Positions 35,176-44,534 of a stretch of DNA of 64,000 bases are shown here, piece by piece. The translations under genes and the position numbers were made by a program. The stretch comes from Acidimicrobiales bacterium (GTDB lineage Bacteria > Actinomycetota > Acidimicrobiia > Acidimicrobiales > JAUJNH01), in assembly GCA_038255915.1 (NCBI GenBank), contig JBBSKY010000004.1:432-64431 (forward strand), in the 5' to 3' direction. Each line of letters starts with the position of its first letter. The stretch's first letter is position 1. The notes under the pieces were generated by a model. It was given only the letters and a program-made list of their open reading frames with translations. It was not told where the DNA came from and made no database searches.

Positions 35176-37230
35176 ATGCCCATGCACGTCGTCGTCGACG
35201 GCTCCAACCTCGCCACCGAGGGTCGCACGCTCCCCAGCCTGAAGCAGCTGATCGAAGGGGTGCTCGATTTTCGCGGCGAGAACCCAGACGCCGACGTCGT
35301 CGTCGTCGTGGACGCCACCTTCGGGCACCGCATCGACGACTCCGAGCGCCCGCTGTTCGAAGACGCCATCGTTCACCAAGAGATCGTGTCGCCGCCGGCC
35401 GGCGCCATCGGGCGGGGTGACGCCTTCGTCCTGCGCATCGCCGAGAAGGTGGGCGCCACCGTGCTGTCCAACGACTCGTTCCAGGAGTTCCACGCCGAGC
35501 ACGAGTGGCTGTTCGAGCAGGGTCGTCTCATCGGCGGCAAGCCGGTGCCCGGCATCGGGTGGATCTTCACCCCCCGCACCCCGGTGCGCGGACCCCGATC
35601 CCGCGAGGCGACCCAGGAGGCCAAGCGCAAGCAGCGCAAGTCGACCGCCGCCAGCGAGGCGGCCCCGCTGCTCACCGGGGCCGAGCTGCTGGAGAAGGGC
35701 AAGGCCGCCCTCGACAAGCTGCCCAAGGGTCGGCGGGAGAAGCAGAAGAAGGACGAGCCGAAGGGCCGGGAGCCGAAGAAGGACGAAGCCAGGCGCAGCG
35801 AAGCGCCGGCTCCCGACACCGAGGCCGCCGCCTCGGGTCCCCGCCGCAACCGTCGCAGCCGCGGCCCGGTCGAAGACGCCATCGCCCTCGCCACCGTCGA
35901 GGCGGTCGTGCCGGGCGCCGATGCCGACGACGAGGACGGCGGCGGTGGGGGCAAGCGCCGCAAGCGGCGCCGCAAGACCGCTGTCGCCCCGGCCGAGCCG
36001 GTGAACGAGCCGGGGGTGTTCCTGGAGCTGGTTTCGGCCTTCCGCCCCGGCGATCTGGTCGAAGGCGAGGTCGAGCAGTTCTCGAGCCACGGCGCCTTCG
36101 TCACGGTCCGGGGCACCCGCTGCTACATCCCGCTCTCGCTGATGGCCGACCCGGCTCCGCGAGCCGCCCGCGACGTCCTGAAGCGTGGCGAGGTGCGCAC
36201 GTTCGTCCTCCGCGCCTTCGACGCCGCCCGTCGCGGGGTCGAGCTCGCCCTGCCCGGAACCCCGCTGCCGGTTGGCCCGGTGGCCGAGGAGACGGCGGCG
36301 GCGGCGGTCGGCACCGAGGCCCCCGAGGCCGACGACGCCGGCACCTCCCCCAAGCCCCGCCGGGCCAAGAAGGCGGCGGCCCGCTCGGCCGAGGTCGCCC
36401 CGGCCCCGGCGGAGGCCGACGAGGACGCCGAGCCGGCCCCCAGCCGTCCCCGGCGGGCCAAGAAGGTCGCACCGGTCGAGGCGGCCCCGGCGGAGGCCAG
36501 CCCCACCCGGGGAAGGCGTCAGAAGGCCGCAGCCGGGCCTGTCGCCGCCGACCCTGTCATCGACGAGGCGGCGGGAGGGGCTCCTGCGCCACCCGCGCCC
36601 CGACGGCGGGTGCGCAAGGCGGCGGGCGCCGTGGAGCCCGTCGAGCAGATCGCCGTGCCAGCCGAGCCCGTTGTCGACGATCCGACGCCGCCGCGCCGGC
36701 GGGTGCGCAAGGCGGCGGCGACCGCCGAGCCTGACGCCCCGCTCGAGGCCTCCATCCCCGCCGAGGCCCCCGCCCCGGTTCGGAGCCGGGCCCGCAAGGC
36801 GGCTACCGAGACCACCTCGGGGGCCCCGGTCGCCTCCACCCGGCCATCGAGGGCCAGGAAGGCGGCCGTGCCCTCGGAGGCGGCCCTCCTCGGCGTCCCC
36901 GAGAGCGCCCCGCCCGCAGCGACCCCGACCCCGCCGCGCTCCCGGGCTCGGAAGGCGGCCGGTCCAGCCGAGGCGACCCCGGCCGCCGCCGCCGCCGAGG
37001 TGGCCCCCCGGTCCCGAGGGTCCCGGAAGGCCAAGGTGGGCATCGAGCAGCCGGCGGCCACCCTCGCCGAGGCCGCCACGGACCCGGCCCCGGCGACGCC
37101 GGTCCGCAAGCGGGCCGCCAAGAAGGCGGCCCCGCCCGCTCCTGCGCCGGTCGACAACCCCGAGGCGCCCCCGGCGCCGGTCAAGGCCCGGGCCAAGCGG
37201 TCTCCCGCCAAGAAGGCGCCCCCGGCCTGA
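35176..37230 (+). CDS. PIN/NYN (Zc3h12a-like) RNase + S1 domain + low-complexity basic tail
   Basis: VVVDGSNL, VVVDA, GDAF, VLSNDSF; GDLVEGEVEQFSSHGAFV S1; repeated R-RKAA. Confidence 0.82.
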   Translation: MPMHVVVDGSNLATEGRTLPSLKQLIEGVLDFRGENPDADVVVVVDATFGHRIDDSERPLFEDAIVHQEIVSPPAGAIGRGDAFVLRIAEKVGATVLSNDSFQEFHAEHEWLFEQGRLIGGKPVPGIGWIFTPRTPVRGPRSREATQEAKRKQRKSTAASEAAPLLTGAELLEKGKAALDKLPKGRREKQKKDEPKGREPKKDEARRSEAPAPDTEAAASGPRRNRRSRGPVEDAIALATVEAVVPGADADDEDGGGGGKRRKRRRKTAVAPAEPVNEPGVFLELVSAFRPGDLVEGEVEQFSSHGAFVTVRGTRCYIPLSLMADPAPRAARDVLKRGEVRTFVLRAFDAARRGVELALPGTPLPVGPVAEETAAAAVGTEAPEADDAGTSPKPRRAKKAAARSAEVAPAPAEADEDAEPAPSRPRRAKKVAPVEAAPAEASPTRGRRQKAAAGPVAADPVIDEAAGGAPAPPAPRRRVRKAAGAVEPVEQIAVPAEPVVDDPTPPRRRVRKAAATAEPDAPLEASIPAEAPAPVRSRARKAATETTSGAPVASTRPSRARKAAVPSEAALLGVPESAPPAATPTPPRSRARKAAGPAEATPAAAAAEVAPRSRGSRKAKVGIEQPAATLAEAATDPAPATPVRKRAAKKAAPPAPAPVDNPEAPPAPVKARAKRSPAKKAPPA

Positions 37231-37258
37231 GAGCAGCGAAGGCTAGAACGGTGCCGCC

Positions 37259-38029
37259 ATGCGCATCGCCACCTGGAACGTCAACTCGCTGAACGTCCGG
37301 CTGGGCCGGGTCGAGGAGTGGCTCGACTATGCCCATCCCGACGTGCTGTGCTTGCAGGAGACCAAGCTCGCCGACGCCGCCTTCCCCTACCTGGCCTTCG
37401 AGGCCCGGGGATACCAGGCCGCCCACCACGGCCAGGGCCGCTGGAACGGGGTGGCCATCCTCTCCCGGGTCGGCATCGAGGACGTGACGGTGGGGATGCC
37501 CGCCCGCGAGGTGGGGGACCCGCTGGAGGCTCGGCTGCTCACCGCCACCTGCGGGGGGGTGCGGGTGTCGAGCGTCTACGTCCCCAACGGCCGCAGCCTG
37601 GCCGACGACCACTACCGCTACAAGCTTGCGTGGCTGGCCGACCTGCGCCGGTTCCTCGAGGCCACCGGCGACCCGACCGCGCCCACGATCGTGGCCGGTG
37701 ACTTCAACATCGCTCCCGGCGACCTCGACGTGGCCCCCGGCATCCGGGCCGAGACCCACACCTCACCCGAGGTGCGGGGTGCGCTCGGTGCGCTGGAGGC
37801 GTGGGGGATGGTCGACGTCTTCCGTCAGCACCACCCGACCGAGCCGATCTACTCGTGGTGGGACTACCGGGCCGGCGACTTCCACAAGGGCCGCGGCCTG
37901 CGCATCGACCTGCTGCTGGCGTCGGCCGCGGTGGCCGAGCGGACGAGCTTCGTGCTGGTCGACCGGCAGGCCCGCAAGGGGAAGCTGCCCAGCGACCACG
38001 CCCCGGTGCTGCTCGACGCCGACCTGTAG
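37259..38029 (+). CDS. xth: Exodeoxyribonuclease III
   Basis: ATWNVNS, LQETK, YVPNG, GDFNIAP, SWWDYR, PSDHAP. Confidence 0.95.
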   Translation: MRIATWNVNSLNVRLGRVEEWLDYAHPDVLCLQETKLADAAFPYLAFEARGYQAAHHGQGRWNGVAILSRVGIEDVTVGMPAREVGDPLEARLLTATCGGVRVSSVYVPNGRSLADDHYRYKLAWLADLRRFLEATGDPTAPTIVAGDFNIAPGDLDVAPGIRAETHTSPEVRGALGALEAWGMVDVFRQHHPTEPIYSWWDYRAGDFHKGRGLRIDLLLASAAVAERTSFVLVDRQARKGKLPSDHAPVLLDADL

Positions 38030-38040
38030 GTCGGGCGGGG

Positions 38041-38454
38041 TCAGCCGACGGGGGAGAGGGTGCGCCGGTCGAGGGCGATGAGCTCCTCGCCCATCCACTC
38101 GATGGCGATGGGGAGCGGCAGGGACGCCGCCCCGGAGCCGATGAGAGGGCGGGGGCGACGGGGCACGCCACGGCCGGCGTTGCCGCCCCGGCCCCGGTAG
38201 ACGATCAACCCGCTGATGGGGTCGGGCACGGCGTCCAGCGCCGCCTCGACCGCCGGCAGGGCCCGGAACCGCTCCCAGGCCGACTCGTCGGCGAAGCTGA
38301 GCTCGAGCACGACACCCCAGGTGTGGCGGTGCCAGCCCCAGTCGGCGGCTCCACCGGTGAAGGCGGACTCGATCAGAGCATCACCATGGGCCTCGGCCCA
38401 CAGGGACGCGCTGCTGGCCCCGTCCAACACCTCGATGCTCATCCAGCACGCCAC
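38041..38454 (-). CDS. Conserved hypothetical protein
   Basis: Coding-like ORF with W-rich core and VYRGRGG motif. Confidence 0.65.
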   Translation of the reverse strand: MACWMSIEVLDGASSASLWAEAHGDALIESAFTGGAADWGWHRHTWGVVLELSFADESAWERFRALPAVEAALDAVPDPISGLIVYRGRGGNAGRGVPRRPRPLIGSGAASLPLPIAIEWMGEELIALDRRTLSPVG

Positions 38455-38488
38455 AGCAGGATGACCATACGCCTTTCGGAGCCGGGGG

Positions 38489-38995
38489 TCAACGGTGGCG
38501 GGTCACGAAGGCCCCAAAAACCTGCTCTTCGACCTCGGCGTGCTCCCGTAGCCCCGAGACCACCGCCCCTTCGACCCTCCCCCCGACCAGGGGCACCCGC
38601 ACCTTCACCTCACCGTCGAGGGTGCGGCCGGTGCTGTCGCCGTCGGGTCGCAGGACGACCGACCCGGTGAAGCGCAGCAGGTCGCCGTAGTGGTCGGGCA
38701 CCACCCGCAGCTCGATGGCGTGCAGCTCGCGGTCGAGGGTGGACACCTCGACCCAGGACAGGCGGCCCGGGTCCACCACCCGGGACGCCGCCGCGCTCAG
38801 CTTCCCCCGGAAGCGGTACCGCACCTGCAGGCCGACCTTCGCCCCGCCGAGCTCCTCGACGTCCAGCAGCTCGGGAGCCCAGACCGACGTCGACGCCGTG
38901 ACGGCCTGGTACCAGGTGGGGTCGACCAGCGCCGCCTCGACCCGCTCGACCGGGGCCGCCAGGCACTGCTCGACGTTGAACCGCACCGTCGGCAC
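38489..38995 (-). CDS. DUF2505 (START/SRPBCC-like) protein
   Basis: LSWVE, GEVKVRVPLVGGRVE. Confidence 0.8.
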   Translation of the reverse strand: MPTVRFNVEQCLAAPVERVEAALVDPTWYQAVTASTSVWAPELLDVEELGGAKVGLQVRYRFRGKLSAAASRVVDPGRLSWVEVSTLDRELHAIELRVVPDHYGDLLRFTGSVVLRPDGDSTGRTLDGEVKVRVPLVGGRVEGAVVSGLREHAEVEEQVFGAFVTRHR

Positions 38996-39049
38996 GCTAA
39001 CCAGGCCCGGCCTGCGGCGCCGTGACGAGCGCGCGAGGGTGAGGAGGCG

Positions 39050-39844
39050 ATGGCGGTGCTCGACCTGGTGGTGGCCTTCGGGGGCCTGGCCGCCGCCTCC
39101 GCTGCCGGGCTGCGCTGGCTCCGGGTGGCCCAGCGCGAGGGGTGGGTGCCGGGGTCAGCCAGCGGGTGGGCGCTGCGGTGGTGGACCCTCGATGGCAACG
39201 TCGCCGTGCTCGCAGTGGCCCTCGCCAGCCTCGTCGCCGCCCCCGTCTTCCGGCCCGCGGCCCTGGCCACCGCCGCCATCGTGGCGGTCGGCCCGCTCGG
39301 CCTCCCCCTGCGGGGCCGGCGACCGGGGCCGCTGGCGTGGACCCCCCGCTGCCGCCGGGCCGCAGCGGTCGGCGCCACCCTCACCCTCGCCGTGGTCGGC
39401 GCCGGCCTGGTGGTGGGGCCCGCCACCGCCGCGGTGCTGGCCGGGATCACAGCCGTCCTGGCCCCGGCGGTCGTCGACGCCGCCGCCCTCGCGTCCGGCG
39501 GGCCCGACCCGGCCGAGGGCGTGGTGGCCACGGGCGTCGAGCCCGCGGACGCGCTCGCCCGCCTGGCGGCCCGCTCGGGGGGCAAGCGGGTGCTGGTGGC
39601 CGCCGGCCCCCGGGGTGCCGCTGGCGAGGACCTGGCCGAGCGGGCCGTGGCCGTGGCCACCCACCTCGTGCTGGTCGGCCGCCACGCCCGGGGCCACCTC
39701 CAGCGCGGCGCCGCCCGCGGCCCAGCCGGCTGCACCATCGTGGTGTGCCACGACCTGGAGCACGCCGAGGCGTGGGTCAGGACCGAGACCACCCCGACCG
39801 ACCTCGTCGTCTGGCTGCCCACCCCCCCTGACCACGTGCCCTGA
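39050..39844 (+). CDS. Degenerate membrane MurF-like protein lacking the central ATPase domain
   Basis: RWLRVAQRE and LAWTPR..R N-terminus, DLVVWLPTPPDHVP C-terminus; no GSxGKT. Confidence 0.55.
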   Translation: MAVLDLVVAFGGLAAASAAGLRWLRVAQREGWVPGSASGWALRWWTLDGNVAVLAVALASLVAAPVFRPAALATAAIVAVGPLGLPLRGRRPGPLAWTPRCRRAAAVGATLTLAVVGAGLVVGPATAAVLAGITAVLAPAVVDAAALASGGPDPAEGVVATGVEPADALARLAARSGGKRVLVAAGPRGAAGEDLAERAVAVATHLVLVGRHARGHLQRGAARGPAGCTIVVCHDLEHAEAWVRTETTPTDLVVWLPTPPDHVP

Positions 39845-39899
39845 CCACGGGACCCTCCCGCCGAGCGTGTCTTTCCGCATGCTCCTACCGTTGGGTCTG

Positions 39900-40388
39900 A
39901 TGGCCGAGGCAGAGGAGGGGTTCGAGGCGAAGGTGCGGCGGTGGGTGACGTCGAACGGCTGGGTGGCCCACGACGTCAACGCCAAGCGGGCCGTCGTCAA
40001 GTTCGACCTGCCGTCGGGGCGAACCCAGACCCTCTACGCCATCGACCTCGGGGTGGTGGTCGAGCTGTCGGTGCCGAGCGTCCTGGTGTTCGACACCGTC
40101 GAGGACGTGCCGCCCGACCTCGCCGTCACCTGCCTGCGCCGCAACGCCAAGACCACCGTCGGCTTCTGGTGCCTCGAGCAGATCGAGGGCAAGCAGGCCT
40201 TCTCCTTCATGTGGAACCTGCCCCACCGGCTCCTCGACGCCGAGACCTTCGGCCAGGTCGTGCGGGAGCTGGTCGTAGTCTGCGACGAGCTGGAGTCGGC
40301 CGTGGTGGTCGACCCTGTCCGCCTCGACCAGGAGATCCACGACCTCCTCGACGGCAACCCCGGCGCCGACCCGCCTACCCCGCCCTGA
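39900..40388 (+). CDS. YbjN/type-III-chaperone-like domain protein
   Basis: GRTQT, LRRN...GFW, CDELE pattern; TACCGT 8 nt before ATG. Confidence 0.6.
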   Translation: MAEAEEGFEAKVRRWVTSNGWVAHDVNAKRAVVKFDLPSGRTQTLYAIDLGVVVELSVPSVLVFDTVEDVPPDLAVTCLRRNAKTTVGFWCLEQIEGKQAFSFMWNLPHRLLDAETFGQVVRELVVVCDELESAVVVDPVRLDQEIHDLLDGNPGADPPTPP

Positions 40389-40439
40389 ACGCGGCCGGCC
40401 GGGTGTGGTGGCGCACGCCTAGCTCTGCTTCACACACTC

Positions 40440-41729
40440 CTAGGCCAGGAGGGCCGCCGCCGTCCGCTCCAGCCGTGCTGCCCGGCTGGCCTTCACCAGG
40501 ACGGCGTCGCCCTGGCCGAGCAGGCCGGCGGCGCCGACCGGGTCGTCGGCGGGCGGCGGGCCGTAGAGGGGGGTGGCCGTCGGGATGAGCTCGATGCCGA
40601 GCTGGGCAGCCAGGGCGGCGACCTCGGCGTGGGCGGCGGCTGGATCGGCCAGCTCGGTCATCGGGCCGAGGATGGCCACCCGGCGGCCGGCGCCGGGAAG
40701 GGCGGCCAGGGCGCGGAGGGCGGCGGCCATCGAGGTCGGGTTGGCGTTGTAGGCGTCGTTCAAGACCACCGCGCCGCCCCGGGTGCGCTGGAGGTCCATG
40801 CGCAGGGGCGACGCGACGGCGGCGCCCAGACCCTCGGCCACCGCCGGCAGCGTCACCCCGCAGGCCAGGGCGGCGGCGGCGGCGGCCAGGGCGTTGGCGA
40901 CCTGGTGGGCGCCGCGCACCTCCAGCCGCACCGGCGCGTCGCCCCACGGCGTGCACAGCCGGAACGACGGCCGCAGCTCGTCGTCGCAGGCCACGGCTTC
41001 GGCCCGCACCTCTCCTGCACGCCCGAAGCGCAGCACCCGGGCTGCCGTGCGAGCGGCCATGGCCGCCACCCGTTCGTCGTCGGCGTTCAGGACCGCCGTG
41101 CCCGAGGGCGGCAACCCCTCGACCAGCTCGCCCTTGCCGACGGCCACTTCCTCGATCGACCCGAAGAGCTCGGTGTGCACCGCCGCCACCGAGGTGACCA
41201 CGCCCACCGTGGGTCGGCCCACCTCACACAGGAGGCGAATGTGGCCCACGCCACGGGCCCCCATCTCCAGCACGACCGCCTCGGTGCCGTCGGGGGCGCC
41301 GAGCAGGGTGAGCGGCACTCCGATCTCGTTGTTGAACGACCGCTCGCTGGCCGCGGTGGCCCAGGTGCTGGCCAGCGTCGCGGCCAGGAGGTCCTTCACC
41401 GAGGTCTTGCCGACGCTGCCCGTGACCCCGACCACCCGCTCGGGCAACCTCGTGCGGGCCAGCCGCCCGCAGGCCAGGAGGGCGGAGCCGGTGTCGTCGA
41501 CGACGATGGCCGTGGCCTCGACCGGGGGCCGGGCCGTCAGGTAGGCGGCGGCACCGGCGGCCAGGGCGGCCGGCACGAACTCGTGGCCGTCGCGCTCGGC
41601 CACGAGGGGGACGAAGAGCTGCCCGGGGCGCAGCGACCGTGAGTCGTTGGTGGCGCCGTCCACCTCGACGTCGGGGCCGGAGAGCGCACCGCCGCAGGCG
41701 AGGGCCAGCGCGGCGGCACGGAGGCGCAC
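40440..41729 (-). CDS. murF: UDP-N-acetylmuramoyl-tripeptide--D-Ala-D-Ala ligase
   Basis: DSR, VTGSVGKTSVK, FNNEIGVPLT, EMGA, NDAYNANP, LVKASR. Confidence 0.95.
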   Translation of the reverse strand: MRLRAAALALACGGALSGPDVEVDGATNDSRSLRPGQLFVPLVAERDGHEFVPAALAAGAAAYLTARPPVEATAIVVDDTGSALLACGRLARTRLPERVVGVTGSVGKTSVKDLLAATLASTWATAASERSFNNEIGVPLTLLGAPDGTEAVVLEMGARGVGHIRLLCEVGRPTVGVVTSVAAVHTELFGSIEEVAVGKGELVEGLPPSGTAVLNADDERVAAMAARTAARVLRFGRAGEVRAEAVACDDELRPSFRLCTPWGDAPVRLEVRGAHQVANALAAAAAALACGVTLPAVAEGLGAAVASPLRMDLQRTRGGAVVLNDAYNANPTSMAAALRALAALPGAGRRVAILGPMTELADPAAAHAEVAALAAQLGIELIPTATPLYGPPPADDPVGAAGLLGQGDAVLVKASRAARLERTAAALLA

Positions 41730-41737
41730 GGGGGCCA

Positions 41738-41747
41738 AGCCTAGGCT
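41738..41747. promoter_or_regulatory. Palindromic bidirectional -10 element for murF and ddl
   Basis: AGCCTAGGCT gives TAGGCT on both strands, 8 and 6 nt from the two GTG starts. Confidence 0.7.
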
Positions 41748-41753
41748 CCGCCC

Positions 41754-42818
41754 GTGCCCCGGACCCGACTCGTCGTGCTGTTCGGCGGCCAGTCGGCCGA
41801 GCACGAGGTGTCGTGCATCTCGGCGCGCCACGTGCTCGCCGCGATCGACCCGGGGCACTACGACGTCGTCCCGATCGGCATCACCCGTCAGGGCACTTGG
41901 GTCGACGCCGCCGACGCCGTGGCCGCCCTCCCCGCCGGCGCCGGCACCCTCCCGAGCCCTGACGGCCTGCCCGGCCCCGGGCTCGACCCGTCCTCGGTCG
42001 TGGCGGCTGCGGCCGAGGTCGTGGTGTTCCCGCTCCTCCACGGGCCGATGGGCGAGGACGGCACCGTGCAGGGTCTGCTCGAGGTGGCCGGGGTCCCCTA
42101 CGTCGGCGCCGGCGTCCTGGCCTCCGCGCTGTGCATGGACAAGGGCGCGGCCAACGACGTCCTCGCCGCTCAGGGGCTGCCCCAGCCCCGATGGCGGTCC
42201 CTGCGCACCACCGAGCTGACCGAGGGGGCGGTGGCGTCGCTCATCCACGACCTCGGCCTGCCCCTGTTCGTCAAGCCGGCCAACATGGGCTCCTCGGTCG
42301 GGGTCGGCCGGGCGGCCAGCACCGCTGAGCTGGTTGCCGCCCTCGCCACCGCCTGCCGCTACGACGAGTTCGTCGTGATCGAGGAGGGCCTCTCCCACCC
42401 TCGGGAGATCGAGGTGGCCGTCCTCGGCAACGCTGAGCCCCGGGCCTCGGTGCCCGGCGAGGTCGTGCCCAGTCATGACTTCTACGACTTCGACGACAAG
42501 TACCTGGCCGGCTCCGCCGGCCTGCGCGTCCCCGCCGACCTCGGCCCCGACGAGGTGGCCGAGGCCCAGGCGCTGGCCCTGGCCGCCTACCGGGCGCTGC
42601 GGGTCGACGGGATGGCCCGGGTCGACCTGTTCTACGAAGCCGGGGGCCGGGGCTTCCTCGTCAACGAGGTGAACACCATCCCCGGCTTCACCGAGATCTC
42701 GATGTACCCCCGCCTGTGGGAGGCGTCGGGCATCCCCTACCCGCAGCTGGTCGACGAGCTTGTGCGGCTCGCCGCCGAGCGCCACGACCGCCGTTCGACC
42801 TTCGCGACCACGAGGTGA
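41754..42818 (+). CDS. ddl: D-alanine--D-alanine ligase
   Basis: GGQSAEHEVS, LHGPMGEDG, KPANMGSSVG, NEVNTIPGFT. Confidence 0.96.
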   Translation: MPRTRLVVLFGGQSAEHEVSCISARHVLAAIDPGHYDVVPIGITRQGTWVDAADAVAALPAGAGTLPSPDGLPGPGLDPSSVVAAAAEVVVFPLLHGPMGEDGTVQGLLEVAGVPYVGAGVLASALCMDKGAANDVLAAQGLPQPRWRSLRTTELTEGAVASLIHDLGLPLFVKPANMGSSVGVGRAASTAELVAALATACRYDEFVVIEEGLSHPREIEVAVLGNAEPRASVPGEVVPSHDFYDFDDKYLAGSAGLRVPADLGPDEVAEAQALALAAYRALRVDGMARVDLFYEAGGRGFLVNEVNTIPGFTEISMYPRLWEASGIPYPQLVDELVRLAAERHDRRSTFATTR

Positions 42819-42822
42819 CCTG

Positions 42823-43251
42823 ATGAGCAGCTTCCCCCCCGCCACTGATGCCGACCGCATCTCCCGCTGGCCGGTGGTCGACGAGGACGGCGACCGGGTG
42901 GGCGTCATCGTCGCCCTGTACGCCGACGTCGATGGCGGCACCCTGCAGTGGGCCGCCGTCGACTCGGGCATTGCCGGCCGCCGCCGCCACCTGGTGCCGC
43001 TGGCCGGCGCCTTCGTCGGTGACGGCTTCCTCCAGGTCGGCTACGGAAAGGAGCGCATCGAGCGCTCGCCGGTGCCCGACGACGCCGCCGATCTCGTCCA
43101 TGAGGTGGAGCAGGCCCTCTACCAGCACTTCGGGCTGCCCTGGCTCGACGAGCAGATCGGGGCGGGCCACGAGCCCGACGACGGGGCCGAGACCGCCCAC
43201 AAGATCCTGGTCCACCGTCCGTCGCTCCTGGAGCGCATCGGCTACGCCTGA
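42823..43251 (+). CDS. PRC-barrel domain protein
   Basis: VVDEDGDRVG, LVPLAGA, EQALYQHFG. Confidence 0.75.
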   Translation: MSSFPPATDADRISRWPVVDEDGDRVGVIVALYADVDGGTLQWAAVDSGIAGRRRHLVPLAGAFVGDGFLQVGYGKERIERSPVPDDAADLVHEVEQALYQHFGLPWLDEQIGAGHEPDDGAETAHKILVHRPSLLERIGYA

Positions 43252-43294
43252 GGGCCTCGGCCCCATCACTGCGAGCGGGAGATACGGTCCGCCC

Positions 43295-43822
43295 GTGCCT
43301 TTGTTCGCCGTGCTCGCCGTCGGGGCCGACCGGCCGGGGATCGTGGCCGCGGTCACCGGGGTGCTGGCCGAGGCCGGCGCCAACCTCGACGACACCTCGA
43401 TGACCATTCTCCACGGCCACTTCGCCATCGCCATGGTGGTCGGAGGACCCGACGACCTCGACGTGGCGGGAGCCCTGGCCCCCGTGGCCGAGCGGCTCGA
43501 GCTCACCGTCGACGTCCGACCGATCCCCGAGGGCACCCCCCCGACCCCGCCCGGCGAGCGCTGGTCGCTGGCCGTCTACGGCGCCGACCGGCCCGGCCTG
43601 GTGTCCTCGGTCACCGCCGCAGTGGCCGAGGCCGGCGGCAACGTCACCGATCTCACCACCCGGGTCGTGGGCGGGCCGCCGCGCCCCGTCTACGCCATGC
43701 AGCTCGAGCTGGCCATCCCGGCCGGCGTCGACGCCACCGCCCTCGGCGACACCCTGGCCGCCCTTGCCGCCGACCTCGGCGTCGACTGCACCCTGCACCC
43801 GGTCGACGCCGATCTCCTGTGA
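43295..43822 (+). CDS. Tandem ACT-domain protein (GcvR-like)
   Basis: GADRPG motif twice. Confidence 0.88.
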   Translation: MPLFAVLAVGADRPGIVAAVTGVLAEAGANLDDTSMTILHGHFAIAMVVGGPDDLDVAGALAPVAERLELTVDVRPIPEGTPPTPPGERWSLAVYGADRPGLVSSVTAAVAEAGGNVTDLTTRVVGGPPRPVYAMQLELAIPAGVDATALGDTLAALAADLGVDCTLHPVDADLL

Positions 43823-44028
43823 TCTTCACCTTCGCTCGCTCGCTCCGTTCAGGCGAGTTTCATCTCTGGCCGTCGCGGCTGGCCTCCTCGGCGGCGGAGC
43901 CGCCTGCGGGGCGGCTTCCGGGCGATACGGGGACCCAGGTCAGGGCTGCCCGGTCAGCGGCCGCTCACTGTCTTGCGCAGCCGCAGCTGCCCTTGCTGGC
44001 GCCTGTCCTCTTCTTCGATGAGCCATGA
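43819..44028 (+). other. Intergenic MIRU-like insert forming a coupling mini-ORF
   Basis: Starts on GTGA overlap with ACT stop and ends on ATGA overlap with def start; atypical codons; CGCT repeats and hairpins. Confidence 0.5.
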
Positions 44029-44522
44029 GCGTCCTGTCCGTTGTCCGGCTTCCTGAGCCGGTGCTGAAGCAGCGCGCCCTCGAGGTGGGCGAGATCACGG
44101 ACGCGGTGCGGCGCCTGTGCGACGACCTCGTGGAGACCATGCGGGCGTCGCCGGCGTGCGTCGGCCTCGCCGCCCCCCAGGTGGGGGTGGGGCTGCGGGT
44201 GTTCTGTGTCGACGTCACCGGGCACCGCAAGGCCTTGTCCTGCCATGGAACAGTGGTACTCGTTGACCCCGAGGTGGTGGCCTCCGGCCCGTCGGCCACC
44301 GGTCGGGAGGGGTGCATGAGCGTGCCCGATCTGACCGGTGACGTGGCCCGGGCCACCGAGCTGGTCATCCGGGGCTGGACCCCCGAGGGGACCGAGCGGG
44401 TGCTGCAGGTCGACGCCTTCGAGGCCCGGGCGTTCCAGCACGAGCTGGACCACCTCGACGGGCTGCTCTTCCTCGACCGGGTGACCGGCGGAAGGCTGTT
44501 TCCCCGCAAGGTCTACAGGTAG
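44025..44522 (+). CDS. def: Peptide deformylase
   Basis: VGLAAPQVG, EGCMSVP, QHELDHLDG. Confidence 0.95.
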   Translation: MSVLSVVRLPEPVLKQRALEVGEITDAVRRLCDDLVETMRASPACVGLAAPQVGVGLRVFCVDVTGHRKALSCHGTVVLVDPEVVASGPSATGREGCMSVPDLTGDVARATELVIRGWTPEGTERVLQVDAFEARAFQHELDHLDGLLFLDRVTGGRLFPRKVYR

Positions 44523-44534
44523 CGTTCGCCCTCG

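Noticed and set aside
40397..40420. GGCCGGGTGTGGTGGCGCACGCCT resembles the Alu/7SL 5' end
   Set aside because: Only about 24 nt, no continuation of an SRP structure; chance in GC-rich DNA
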